From Candidatus Poseidoniales archaeon (lineage in GTDB: Archaea > Thermoplasmatota > Poseidoniia > MGIII > CG-Epi1): a stretch of DNA of 64,000 bases. The notes below the pieces were generated by a model. That model searched no databases and was not told the origin of the DNA. It was given only the letters and a program-made list of their open reading frames with translations. This document shows, one piece after another, positions 1-9,578 of the stretch. Where the stretch lies: the NCBI GenBank assembly GCA_045567955.1, contig JBJLBX010000018.1:9292-73291 (forward strand), given 5' to 3'. The position numbers and the translations under genes were made by a program. Position 1 is the stretch's first letter; every line of letters starts with the position of its first letter.

Positions 1-1126
1 GGGCTAAGTCAAGTACTATTGGAGCTGCAAGAATAGAATCTCTACACAAGAAATCAACCTTAATCTGCATAGGATATCCTAACCATCCTTTAATATCAAT
101 ATTATCCCATCCTTCTTTATTATCTCCTCGAGGCGGATAATAATTAATCCGAACTTTGTGATATAAGTCACCGTATAATTCAGGATATTTTTCAGGTTCA
201 AGTATTTGTTCAAGAACACCTAATTTAGAAACCTCTTTAGTCTTAAAGGATTCAGGATCATCAAGAACTTCACCATCTCTATTTCCTAAAATATTAGTTG
301 AAAACCAACCATCGACACCAATCTTCCTGGCTTTGAAACCCGGTGCTAAAATTGTTTTCATTAAAGTCTGTCCAGTTTTGAAATCTTTACCAGCAATTGG
401 TACTCTTTCTTTTGCTGCTAATGAATACATTGCTGGAAAATCTACAGATAAGTTAGGCGCTCCATTAGCATAGGGTATTCCTTCTTTTAAAGCTGCATAT
501 GCATAAAGAATTGAAGGAGCCATGGGAGTATTATCATCATCTAAGGCACTTTCAAATGATTCAAGTGAACCATAAACCGAATCATGAGGTTCTTGGTATA
601 TCTCTGTGCTACCACACCAAATCATAACAGCTCTATCCAAATTATTTTTTTCTTTAAAATCACGGATATCTTGCCTTAAAGCCTCAATTCGAGCTCTGTG
701 GCCTTTAATCGATTTAATGTAAGTTCCATCTAATTTTTTAACAAAATCCTTGTCAAAAACTGCTTTCATTGGTTTGATAAGTGATAATTCTGATTTGATC
801 TGATTAAGTAATTCCTTTTCAATAACACCTGCTTTTACTGCAGCTTCATAACAATTGTCTTCAAAAATATCCCAACCACCGAATACTAAATCATCTAATT
901 TAGTCAACGGTACAAAATCTTTGATATTTACTTCACGATTTTCATTTCTTTTTCCTAAACGTAATGAACCCATTTGTGTTATCGAACCTATTGGACTTGA
1001 AAAATTATTACGAATTGCTAATGTTCCGGCTATAAATGTCGTACTTACAGCTCCCAAACCAGGCATCAAAACACCAAGTTTACCGCTGCAGTCTTCTATC
1101 TTTGCTGGACTATCGATAACAGTCAT
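1..1126 (-). CDS. myo-inositol-1-phosphate synthase, partial (C-terminus lies beyond window start)
   Basis: Minus-strand translation from ATG at 1126: MTVIDSPAKIEDCSGKLGVLMPGLGAVSTTFIAG ... ends NYYPPRGDNKEGWDNIDIKGWLGYPMQIKVDFLCRDSILAAPIVLDLA, the conserved C-terminal MIPS core. ORF track entry 855..1133(+) is antisense to it. Confidence 0.8.
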   Translation of the reverse strand, partial: MTVIDSPAKIEDCSGKLGVLMPGLGAVSTTFIAGTLAIRNNFSSPIGSITQMGSLRLGKRNENREVNIKDFVPLTKLDDLVFGGWDIFEDNCYEAAVKAGVIEKELLNQIKSELSLIKPMKAVFDKDFVKKLDGTYIKSIKGHRARIEALRQDIRDFKEKNNLDRAVMIWCGSTEIYQEPHDSVYGSLESFESALDDDNTPMAPSILYAYAALKEGIPYANGAPNLSVDFPAMYSLAAKERVPIAGKDFKTGQTLMKTILAPGFKARKIGVDGWFSTNILGNRDGEVLDDPESFKTKEVSKLGVLEQILEPEKYPELYGDLYHKVRINYYPPRGDNKEGWDNIDIKGWLGYPMQIKVDFLCRDSILAAPIVLDLA

Positions 1127-1167
1127 AGGATAATTATTGTATTAGGTGATTATATTAACAATTATAG

Positions 1168-1932
1168 TTATTCATAAATTACTGAAAGACATGTCAACGA
1201 ACCATCTCCTGCCCTAAATTGAGACATCTCCATATAATGTAAATTTAGTCCTTTATCAAGTAAAATCTCAGAAGTTTTTTCATAACCTTTAGAAACCATT
1301 ACATCTTTCCCAAATGAAATCACATTGGCCCCATAAGCTTCCTCACTAGGTACTAAAAGTAATTCTATCCCTTCAGGAAAATCAGTCGATTTAAACCAAC
1401 CCTCGGGAGCAAGAAGAACGCCAGGCATAGGTGAAGTACAAACTGAGATTAAATGAAGTGATCTTTTTGGAACTTCAATAACATGTAAATCAAAACCTCG
1501 AAACTCAACAAAATCTTTCAAATTTTGAATGCCTTGTCTATTAGTACGACTACTATGACCTACCAAAAATTTATTTCCAAACTGAAATACATCACCTCCG
1601 TCCATTCGCCCTCCTGAAGCCATGTATTCTAAATTTAGATCTCCTTCTAAGGCCTCTATGACTGCTTCTTTCTCACCTAACCGAGAATCATGGCCAGCAT
1701 TTGTAATCAATGCAGAATCGCCAGCTACAATGGCATGATCTTCGACAAAACAACAGTCTGGATAATCGGGATGTGAATCTAATTCTCTAACTATTAATCC
1801 TAATTCTCTCAACTTAGAAACATATGCTGAATGCTGTGCCTTTGCTTCTTCTAAATCAGTTGGACCGCTACCAAAAAACGATGCTAAGGCTTTTTCATAT
1901 GAGTTTGAAACTCCACGCACTATAGCCCTCAC
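1168..1932 (-). CDS. guanidino-group-modifying enzyme, DDAH/amidinotransferase superfamily
   Basis: 254 aa; GGDVFQFGNKFLVGHSSRTN core and C-terminal catalytic Cys context DGSLTCLS typical of dimethylarginine dimethylaminohydrolase-like pentein enzymes. Start overlaps DHS stop by 4 nt. Confidence 0.7.
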   Translation of the reverse strand: MRAIVRGVSNSYEKALASFFGSGPTDLEEAKAQHSAYVSKLRELGLIVRELDSHPDYPDCCFVEDHAIVAGDSALITNAGHDSRLGEKEAVIEALEGDLNLEYMASGGRMDGGDVFQFGNKFLVGHSSRTNRQGIQNLKDFVEFRGFDLHVIEVPKRSLHLISVCTSPMPGVLLAPEGWFKSTDFPEGIELLLVPSEEAYGANVISFGKDVMVSKGYEKTSEILLDKGLNLHYMEMSQFRAGDGSLTCLSVIYE

Positions 1933-2858
1933 AATAAAGGCCCCAAAATCAATGGCAGCATTACCGTTGCATCTCCTTCAACTGTTATCCGTCTTGCCTT
2001 AGGTTGTACTTTACCCCAAGAAACTGCTTCTCTAACTCTAGCACCACTAAGAGAACCATCCCACTCAGGTGCTGTAGTTACTTGAACTGCATAATCTAAA
2101 CCTTCTCTAAATTGATTCCACCAAATAGTATGATGCTTAGAGATACCTCCACCAACCATCAAAGCTCCAGTAGCTTTAGCTTCATGAACTATGTCTGATA
2201 ATTCATTTTCTTCTGCAAATAAATCTAAAGTAAAATCTCTATGATCTTGCCAGAATAACCACAATTGTGAACCTACGGCTCCGTCAGTAGGACCTGGGAC
2301 AAATACCTTAACATTCTTTCGAGCGCAGGCTGCTAAAAAAGATTCAGAGCCATTATCTTCTTTGGCTAAACGAAGGCCCAATTCACGCCATATCTTCCAC
2401 GGAATCCAACGGCTATCTTTTTCATATAACTCTTCTAAAATAGGTTGCATCCATTTTTCAATAGGAATCCCATAAGAATCATCTGGAACTAAAACATTTC
2501 CAAGACGATTAACTCCTTCTTCCCTCAATTTTTGATCATCCATAGCAAAATCGCCATGATAATAATCTGCTAAAATTCTGGCTATATCATGATCTAAAGT
2601 ACCACAAGTAGTAACTACAACATCAACATGATCTTGTTCTATTAATTGTCTAAGAAGTCCTCGAGTTCCTGTTGCCATTATGTCTGCCGGAAATGAAATG
2701 AATTTTGTACAATTATCTTTTTGCATATCCTGAAGAATAGATGTTGCCGTAGCTATCTTTGTTGCTACAAAACCACCTGCATCACTAAATTGTGAAATCA
2801 GTTCAGACAACTTAGTATTAGAATCGATGTGGATATCTTTTACTGGTATTTTACGCAT
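1929..2858 (-). CDS. dys: deoxyhypusine synthase
   Basis: 309 aa; [10 protein letters not shown] motif and overall DHS architecture. Confidence 0.85.
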   Translation of the reverse strand: MRKIPVKDIHIDSNTKLSELISQFSDAGGFVATKIATATSILQDMQKDNCTKFISFPADIMATGTRGLLRQLIEQDHVDVVVTTCGTLDHDIARILADYYHGDFAMDDQKLREEGVNRLGNVLVPDDSYGIPIEKWMQPILEELYEKDSRWIPWKIWRELGLRLAKEDNGSESFLAACARKNVKVFVPGPTDGAVGSQLWLFWQDHRDFTLDLFAEENELSDIVHEAKATGALMVGGGISKHHTIWWNQFREGLDYAVQVTTAPEWDGSLSGARVREAVSWGKVQPKARRITVEGDATVMLPLILGPLL

Positions 2859-5439
2859 CCTTAATCAATCCACAGGTACCACAGACATATTTGTCTCCAT
2901 CAAGAACTAATTTACCTTCGTCGCACTCTGAACAAGGCATATCATCATTAGGTGAAGGATCAACATTTCTTTCCTCATCTTCTTCATCATGTAAAGCTAC
3001 TGCCACGACTGTTTCCTTTTCATCAACTGACATTACCTTGACTCCCCTACCTACTCTTGCAATTTGTCTTATGCTTTCTATGTGTGTACGAATTACCTTT
3101 CCAGAAGAAGTTGTTGCTAATATTTGATTTGCTTGTCCGGGAGTAAAAGTAGCTATTACATGACCGCTTTTGTCATCAACTTTAATATTTTTAACACCTT
3201 TAGCACCTCTCTTTGTAAGACGATAATTACTTGCGCTAGCTCTTTTTCCATAACCTTTTTCAGTAATAGTTAACAAAATATCCTCTTCATTTACTAAAGT
3301 CATACCAATAACTTCATCTTTCTCTTTCAAACGCATACCTATTACTCCTTGACCGTTACGACCAACTATTCTAACTTCACCTTCTGAAAAACGATTAGCC
3401 ATTCCTAACTTAGTTGCAAGCATAACCTGACTATCTCCTTCTGATATGTCTACACCTATTAATTCATCATTTTCTTTAAGAGTAATGGCTCTAAAACCTT
3501 GATCACGAGCCCAAGCTCTTTGTATCCTTGAAGAATATTCTTCTAAACGAGTTTTCTTAACAATACCATTTTTAGTTGCAAATAAGAAATAATGTCCATC
3601 ACCAGTTAGATTAGCTACTGGTAACATACAAAGTACTTTTTCATCTTTAGATTGCCGCCCTTCATCCAATTTTTGAAGGAGTTGGACCAATGGCGTTCCT
3701 TTAGAATATCTTGAAACATCAGGTATCTGCCAAGCCTTTAGGAAATACATACTTCCTGCTGTCGTGAAGAAGAGTAAATGATCATGTGAGCCCATAGAGT
3801 ATAACTCAACCGGGAAATCACCCTCTTTAGCCTTAATTCCAATTCGACCTTTACCACCTCTGTGTTGTGCTTGATACTCATCTAAATCTACACGTTTAAT
3901 GTACCCTTCATGAGTTCGCATTACAACTACTTGTGAGCGTGGAATCAAATCTTCGGTAGCCAAATCACCGTCGAAATCTGAAATTAACGTTCTTCTTTCA
4001 TCACTATATTTTTCATTCAGTTGCGATAATTCTTCTTTAATAATTGCCAAAACCTTAGAAGAATCTGCTAAAATCGAATTAAGCTCTTCCATTGTTGCTT
4101 TCAATTCGTCTAATTCTTTTTTGCGTTCTTCTGCATCTTGTCTAGATAACTGGTACAAACGCATGTCTGCAATAGCTTTAGACTGAACTTCACTAAGTGA
4201 AAATTCTGTTTGAAGACCTGCTATTACTGCATCCCTACCTGCCGAATCTCGAATGAAAGCTATTACTGCATCCATTTGAGAAATTGCTAATAATAACCCT
4301 TCTACTATGTGAGCTCTTTCCTGAGCTTTCTTTAACCTATATTGAGTTCTTTTTGTTACTATTTCTTTACGATGCTCAAGATATACTTCTAACAAATCGA
4401 TTAAGCCCATTCGTCTAGGCTGACCTTTTACCAATGCAACATTATTAATCGCAAAGCTTGTCTCTAATACTGAATGTTTGTACAATTGATTTTCAACAAT
4501 CATTGGAGCTGCGTCACGTTTTAATTCAAAAACGACGCGCATTTCAGTCTGGTCAGATTCATCACGAATATCTCTAATACCTTCAATCTTTTTGTCACGC
4601 ACCATTTTGGATACATCTTCTAAAAGACGATTTTTTTGAACTAAAAATGGAATCTCTGTTACAACTAAATATTCATTCTTTTCAGTTGATTCATGTTTTA
4701 CAGTACCTCTCATTTTAACTGAACCTTGACCTTTACTATATGCGTCAAAAATACCTTTACGACCCATTATAGTACCTCCAGTAGGGAAATCAGGACCTGG
4801 CAGTACTTCCATTATTTCTGCTAGAGATACAGAAGGATTGTCAATCAATAAATTTATTGCCTCAGACACCTCCGATAAATTATGAGGTGCCATATTTGTG
4901 GCCATACCTACTGCAATACCTGAAGAACCATTCACTAAAAGACCAGGTAAAAGTCCTGGAAGAACTGAGGGCTCTTGTAAAGAACCATCATAATTGTCTC
5001 TAAAATCTACAGTTTCTTCATCGAGATCCGATAAAACAGTATCTGCAATAGTTGCTAGACGAGATTCTGTATAACGCATTGCTGCCGCTTTATCTCCATC
5101 TATCGAACCAAAATTTCCTTGGCCATCAACTAAGGGATATCTTAAAGAAAAATCTTGAGCCATACGGACCATTGTATCATATATGGCTTGATCTCCATGT
5201 GGATGATACTTACCCATAGTATCTCCAACTATTCTCGCAGATTTTTTATATGGTGAACGTGAACCTGAGCCCATCTCTTTCATAGCATAAAGTACTCTAC
5301 GATGTACTGGTTTGAGACCATCTCGAGCATCAGGAAGTGCGCGACCTACAATAACAGACATTGCATAATCCAAATAGGATTTACGCATCTCTTTCTCTAA
5401 GCTTATCTTCAAAATTGTGTCATTATTTTCAGTGGTCAA
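2851..5439 (-). CDS. gyrA: DNA gyrase subunit A with extra C-terminal CxxC..CxxC tail
   Basis: 862 aa; N-terminal GyrA hallmarks ([21 protein letters not shown], active-site region, beta-pinwheel CTD). Acidic tail followed by [29 protein letters not shown]. Confidence 0.95.
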   Translation of the reverse strand: MTTENNDTILKISLEKEMRKSYLDYAMSVIVGRALPDARDGLKPVHRRVLYAMKEMGSGSRSPYKKSARIVGDTMGKYHPHGDQAIYDTMVRMAQDFSLRYPLVDGQGNFGSIDGDKAAAMRYTESRLATIADTVLSDLDEETVDFRDNYDGSLQEPSVLPGLLPGLLVNGSSGIAVGMATNMAPHNLSEVSEAINLLIDNPSVSLAEIMEVLPGPDFPTGGTIMGRKGIFDAYSKGQGSVKMRGTVKHESTEKNEYLVVTEIPFLVQKNRLLEDVSKMVRDKKIEGIRDIRDESDQTEMRVVFELKRDAAPMIVENQLYKHSVLETSFAINNVALVKGQPRRMGLIDLLEVYLEHRKEIVTKRTQYRLKKAQERAHIVEGLLLAISQMDAVIAFIRDSAGRDAVIAGLQTEFSLSEVQSKAIADMRLYQLSRQDAEERKKELDELKATMEELNSILADSSKVLAIIKEELSQLNEKYSDERRTLISDFDGDLATEDLIPRSQVVVMRTHEGYIKRVDLDEYQAQHRGGKGRIGIKAKEGDFPVELYSMGSHDHLLFFTTAGSMYFLKAWQIPDVSRYSKGTPLVQLLQKLDEGRQSKDEKVLCMLPVANLTGDGHYFLFATKNGIVKKTRLEEYSSRIQRAWARDQGFRAITLKENDELIGVDISEGDSQVMLATKLGMANRFSEGEVRIVGRNGQGVIGMRLKEKDEVIGMTLVNEEDILLTITEKGYGKRASASNYRLTKRGAKGVKNIKVDDKSGHVIATFTPGQANQILATTSSGKVIRTHIESIRQIARVGRGVKVMSVDEKETVVAVALHDEEDEERNVDPSPNDDMPCSECDEGKLVLDGDKYVCGTCGLIKDA

Positions 5440-5508
5440 TATTTAACCTCAAATCAGTAGTTAACGCCATGAATAAACCCCCTTAAAAGGGACTCCCCTG
5501 ACACGCTT

Positions 5509-6033
5509 GTGGCACCCCCCTTAAACATTATAGTTATAAACTCTAAAAAAAATGAAGATTTCAATGATAAACATCGACGATTAATTGCAAAAATTGCCCC
5601 TATTTGCATAGCCTATGATTTCCACTTAACTTTAGTTAATTTTCAAATAAAAGATACGGCAGTCGATTTTGCTAAAGAAATTGCACCTGCAACTAGCATA
5701 GGTAGCAGTGGTGAGAAATTAATAACACTGGCGCAAAAAGGCAAAATTCAAATTACCGAATTACCTATCACTAATAATTTTGGTAAAATGATTATTTGTA
5801 CTTCAAAACCAAATAAAAAGAAAAATATTGACATTAATTATGTCGCTAGATTATCGAAAGAAAGAAAAGTTGCTCTCATATTTGGAACTGATGAAAAGAA
5901 AAATAAAAATATTAATAAATTATTAGAAAACTCAGATTATCACTGCGACATAAGTGGTAAAAATATTAAACTAGAATTGGACACCGAAATTGGAGCAATT
6001 ACAAGTATTATTCAAAAGATTAGAACAGCTTGA
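5509..6033 (+). CDS. hypothetical protein, possibly SPOUT-like RNA methyltransferase (aTrm56-like) - weak
   Basis: 174 aa, GTG start, very AT-rich. C-terminal KVALIFGTDEKK...SDYHCDISG resembles the SPOUT xxVGxEkxx/DxxVxIG pattern. No strong motif. Confidence 0.3.
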   Translation: MAPPLNIIVINSKKNEDFNDKHRRLIAKIAPICIAYDFHLTLVNFQIKDTAVDFAKEIAPATSIGSSGEKLITLAQKGKIQITELPITNNFGKMIICTSKPNKKKNIDINYVARLSKERKVALIFGTDEKKNKNINKLLENSDYHCDISGKNIKLELDTEIGAITSIIQKIRTA

Positions 6034-6697
6034 GAGCCTCTTCAATTCGCCCTAATTCTATACCTGTACTTTGTTGACCACAAACAGCTCCACTAGAGGA
6101 TGAAACTACTCCTGCCCCGACTAAAGGCATACCAAAATTGACAGTCCCTTCCATAACTGGGACCTGGAATATTTTTTCCATAATATCTCTCTCATCATCT
6201 GAAATATCTGGATGACAAAGACCTCCATTGTTGTTTAAACAACCAATCATGCCTAAAGTATCCATCTGATTCAAAGATTGTGATTTGATTTTTATACCTA
6301 AAACTTCTTCAGATGATTTTATAGATCTTGAACTTAAATTTTCATTACAAAATCCACCATTATCATTAATCAAAAAATTATTCCCATTTGCATTCGATCG
6401 GTCAGATAATATTCCAAATTTTAAATTGAAACTATCTGAAATTGATTCTAATTTTTCAACTTCAAGTGATGTTACTAAGTTAGAAACTAGAATACCGTGA
6501 TTATTCATGGTAATCAATGTTCCTAAAACACTACTACCACCTATTGTTATTACCTCAATATCTGTGTTTAAAGCATCGGAAATAGCTTGCATATCATCTT
6601 TAGGTATCCCAGGAGGAACGAACGTTAAATTATCATTAGTAGTACAAAAAACCCCTGAATAAGGACTATTGAAAAGATTCTTTTGAATTAATGCCAT
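6020..6697 (-). CDS. eif6: translation initiation factor 6 (aIF6)
   Basis: 225 aa, pentameric pseudo-repeat eIF6 pattern (VLGTLITMNNHGILV, GMIGCLNNNGGLCHPDISD). Confidence 0.85.
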   Translation of the reverse strand: MALIQKNLFNSPYSGVFCTTNDNLTFVPPGIPKDDMQAISDALNTDIEVITIGGSSVLGTLITMNNHGILVSNLVTSLEVEKLESISDSFNLKFGILSDRSNANGNNFLINDNGGFCNENLSSRSIKSSEEVLGIKIKSQSLNQMDTLGMIGCLNNNGGLCHPDISDDERDIMEKIFQVPVMEGTVNFGMPLVGAGVVSSSSGAVCGQQSTGIELGRIEEALKLF

Positions 6698-6702
6698 GAT
6701 GC

Positions 6703-7029
6703 CTATTCGGCAAGATGTACAATTACACTGCCATCTTCGAATTTTAAAGCTCTAACTCTAACTTTTGAAGGTGGTTTCTCGATTCCCTTAGACCAAATAT
6801 ATTGGTTTACCGGAGGATCAATAAATAATTGCTTTTCCTCACCACTTCCACTACGTGCGTCCAATGATTTTCTCAAAACTTCGCCATCCCTTTCTGGTTT
6901 CATATGTCTTGTGATAAAATCTTCGACAATACGCATAGCCACTGGAGCTCTTCGTGTACGAGGTACTTTGTGTAATTTACGTAAAGGTATAGTGTATAAT
7001 CTCTCCTGCATTAATTCATCGTCTGCCAT
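6703..7029 (-). CDS. rpl31e: 50S ribosomal protein L31e
   Basis: 108 aa; ERLYTIPLRKLHKVPRTRRAPVAMRIVEDFITRH matches L31e. Confidence 0.9.
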   Translation of the reverse strand: MADDELMQERLYTIPLRKLHKVPRTRRAPVAMRIVEDFITRHMKPERDGEVLRKSLDARSGSGEEKQLFIDPPVNQYIWSKGIEKPPSKVRVRALKFEDGSVIVHLAE

Positions 7030-7035
7030 ATTTTA

Positions 7036-7191
7036 TCACCTATGAAGTTTACCACGACGCCAAAAATGACGTTTTGGATGATTGGTAAATCTACGATTAG
7101 TTCTTTGGATAACCCAAGCTGGAACTCTGCGATTACGCTTAACTAATTTATTTAAACGTAATTTTTTACCGTAAACTTTTCTACTTGACAT
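7036..7191 (-). CDS. rpl39e: 50S ribosomal protein L39e (not in supplied ORF track, 51 aa)
   Basis: Hand translation of minus strand: [69 protein letters not shown]...HPKRRHWRR is the L39e signature. ATG overlaps S19e stop (TAATG). Confidence 0.85.
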   Translation of the reverse strand: MSSRKVYGKKLRLNKLVKRNRRVPAWVIQRTNRRFTNHPKRHFWRRGKLHR

Positions 7192-7676
7192 TAATACTTA
7201 CTGAGTGAACTCATCTCCTTTTGTAAATTCTTCTTAACTGCAAATGCAGTATTATCTAATATTGATTGGCCTTTCGGTGTTAAACCACGGCCACCTTGCT
7301 TTGACTTTTGTATAAAACCTGCAACTTCAAGTTGTTGCATAATTGATCTAAGAATTTTACGGCTTCCACCAAGACTCCTATTTGGTTTTGAACCTCGATC
7401 ACGGGCACCAGAGTAATGTTTTGCCAAGCGTTCAGTTCCAATTGGACCGTTAACTCCAATCTTTCTTAAAACTGAAGCTGTACGATAATACCACCAATCT
7501 GGTTGAGTAGGTGATTTTTCTTTGTGAACTGCAGTCTTTACAAAATTAGACCAATCTGGAGGAGAAATAGCGTCATCGCTCTTCAATGTGTTGGCAAGTG
7601 CGCCAACTAAGTGTTCACCAGGTACGTCGTATTGTGTTGTCACGTTAATAAATCCTCTACGGGGATGACGCGCCAC
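7191..7676 (-). CDS. rps19e: 30S ribosomal protein S19e (true start may be the GTG near 7643)
   Basis: [17 protein letters not shown]...[36 protein letters not shown]...TPKGQSILD matches S19e. The N-terminal 11 aa of the ORF-track model are not conserved. Confidence 0.9.
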   Translation of the reverse strand: MARHPRRGFINVTTQYDVPGEHLVGALANTLKSDDAISPPDWSNFVKTAVHKEKSPTQPDWWYYRTASVLRKIGVNGPIGTERLAKHYSGARDRGSKPNRSLGGSRKILRSIMQQLEVAGFIQKSKQGGRGLTPKGQSILDNTAFAVKKNLQKEMSSLSKY

Positions 7677-7715
7677 ACGGACTATATTATAAACTTAAGC
7701 CTAATTGAAATATTA

Positions 7716-8141
7716 ATGGAAAGTGTCCAAAAATATCTTGAAGAGCACAATACTATGACGCTAGCCACCGTCGGTAAAAAAGGTATTTCTGCTGCTGCAG
7801 TTTTTTATGCTGAAACAAGAAAATACGATTCTTTGCTCTTTGTTAGTAGTCCTAAATCAGAACATATAACCAATTCATATGTTGAAAAAAAATGCGCAGC
7901 CACCATACAAAATGACGGACTCGAATGGGAAGTTATTAAAGGACTACAGCTAAAGGGTCATTTAGAATTGGCCGAAGATAGTGAATGGGATATTTATTTT
8001 GAAAAATTCCCATATGTTAAAAATAATAAAATCTTAGCGAAATCTTTAGAAAAAGTTAAATTGTATAAATTTATTATTTCTTGGGTTAGGTTTATAGATA
8101 ATTCAAAAGGATTTGGAAATCGACTTGAATTTAACATTTAA
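7716..8141 (+). CDS. pyridoxamine 5'-phosphate oxidase-like FMN-binding protein
   Basis: ATG at 7716 (MESVQKYLEEHNTMTLATVGKKGISAAAVFYAE...): classic PNPOx-like split-barrel N-terminus. The upstream 35 codons of the track ORF overlap the S19e 5' end and are probably not translated. Confidence 0.6.
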   Translation: MESVQKYLEEHNTMTLATVGKKGISAAAVFYAETRKYDSLLFVSSPKSEHITNSYVEKKCAATIQNDGLEWEVIKGLQLKGHLELAEDSEWDIYFEKFPYVKNNKILAKSLEKVKLYKFIISWVRFIDNSKGFGNRLEFNI

Positions 8142-8142
8142 A

Positions 8143-8370
8143 TCAATCTGTAAAAAGACTATTCTTGTGAAAATACCAAACCAAAGAGACAAAAACAAGT
8201 ATCAATACTCCAATTATAACAAAACCTAACATATTACCTACAACTGGAAAAACAAACAGGACAAAAAGACCTACGAAAAAAGTCCAAAAAAGTAAATACA
8301 ATAGATATACATGAGGGGCCAATTCAGGATCTCTGGCAGCATCTAATGTGAATAAAAGTCTCCAATTCAT
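8143..8370 (-). CDS. small membrane protein (2 predicted TM helices), hypothetical
   Basis: 75 aa, two long hydrophobic stretches. Convergent with the PNPOx-like gene. Confidence 0.3.
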   Translation of the reverse strand: MNWRLLFTLDAARDPELAPHVYLLYLLFWTFFVGLFVLFVFPVVGNMLGFVIIGVLILVFVSLVWYFHKNSLFTD

Positions 8371-8390
8371 AAATTCCTTAAAAGAATATA

Positions 8391-9578
8391 CTAATTATCT
8401 TTTGGGGTACGTATTGAATCTACAAAACCTTGATCTATTAATCCTCTACCAACCAGTGCTGTATAGTTAGCTAATAGGATTACCACAATTCCTGAAACTA
8501 TAACTATTAAGTGCGAAATAAATCCTACATTCTTAATATTACTTATCAAATATGTACCCTCAGATGCAAGAAAAAAACTACTTGCTCCGTAGGCTGCCGT
8601 GAATGAAATTGCATATAAAATAACATTATGACGATTCATAAGATTTACTTTATTACTACCTTTCCTACTTTTCCTTTTCTCTGAACGAAGGGTTTGTGCC
8701 GAAAGGGAATATATGACTAACATAATTGTAATAATCATAAATACTAAATCAAACACAAAACTAGGTTGTCTCTCTCTAGAGTATAGCATAACTCCTAAAT
8801 GATATGCCAAGAAACTCCAATAACCAATAGCAAAATAACCCGAAAAAACCGAAACCATAGGATCTGACCAATTCTTAGAATTCATTCTATTTAAGAAATA
8901 AAAAGTTAAAGAACCTAAAATAATTAATATTACTAACCAAGCAATCTTGAATATTATACTAAAAATGACACCTTGTGATTCTAATATTGAGAATATACAA
9001 AATCCAATTAATGCCCAAAAAAATGGAGATACTGCATTCATATTTCTTCCAAAATTAGACCGAGTTGTACCTTTGACATTTATCATTTTTTTAAGTGCAA
9101 ATTCCTTGAACGGTACACGCATCCACCAAGCTTGTGCAAATTGCCAAAGTATGAATATAATGATTAAACTTAGTGATAAAAGATTCCTCACACTCTCACC
9201 ATATTCTGTAAACTCAAATGTATAATATATTATGGCAGATATGAAAAAAGATAAGCTCAACGGAATCAAAAGAATCTTTCGATAACTTCCAACAGAATAA
9301 TTCTTTACAGATTCTAAACGCATTAAAAAAGCTGTAATTAAGTAACCCCATGAAAAACCAAAACCCATAACTAAAATTAAATCTATGAATAATTGGTTTG
9401 AGCTTCTACTAAAAAATCCTAAAAGAAGTAGAAAAATAGATAATGAAAATGCATGTGGTGCTGTTTTTCTAGAAAATATAATTCTTAGAATATCAATATT
9501 TGTAATTGTTTTATGTTTTCGAGATTCTATGATTTCTGAGGATGGCGATTCTTTTTCTGATTCAGCTTTTTCTTCCAT
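8391..9578 (-). CDS. polytopic integral membrane protein, unknown function
   Basis: 395 aa with about 10 hydrophobic segments; acidic N-terminus. Last gene of the long minus-strand operon. Confidence 0.6.
   Translation of the reverse strand: MEEKAESEKESPSSEIIESRKHKTITNIDILRIIFSRKTAPHAFSLSIFLLLLGFFSRSSNQLFIDLILVMGFGFSWGYLITAFLMRLESVKNYSVGSYRKILLIPLSLSFFISAIIYYTFEFTEYGESVRNLLSLSLIIIFILWQFAQAWWMRVPFKEFALKKMINVKGTTRSNFGRNMNAVSPFFWALIGFCIFSILESQGVIFSIIFKIAWLVILIILGSLTFYFLNRMNSKNWSDPMVSVFSGYFAIGYWSFLAYHLGVMLYSRERQPSFVFDLVFMIITIMLVIYSLSAQTLRSEKRKSRKGSNKVNLMNRHNVILYAISFTAAYGASSFFLASEGTYLISNIKNVGFISHLIVIVSGIVVILLANYTALVGRGLIDQGFVDSIRTPKDN

Noticed and set aside
855-1133. 92-aa plus-strand ORF at window start
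   Set aside because: Lies antisense within the clearly conserved myo-inositol-1-phosphate synthase reading frame; no motif.
7036-7191. Apparent frameshift inside rpl39e on first reading
   Set aside because: Re-reading the coordinates showed the run is ...cgcttaactaa... (two A, not three); the 51-codon frame is intact.
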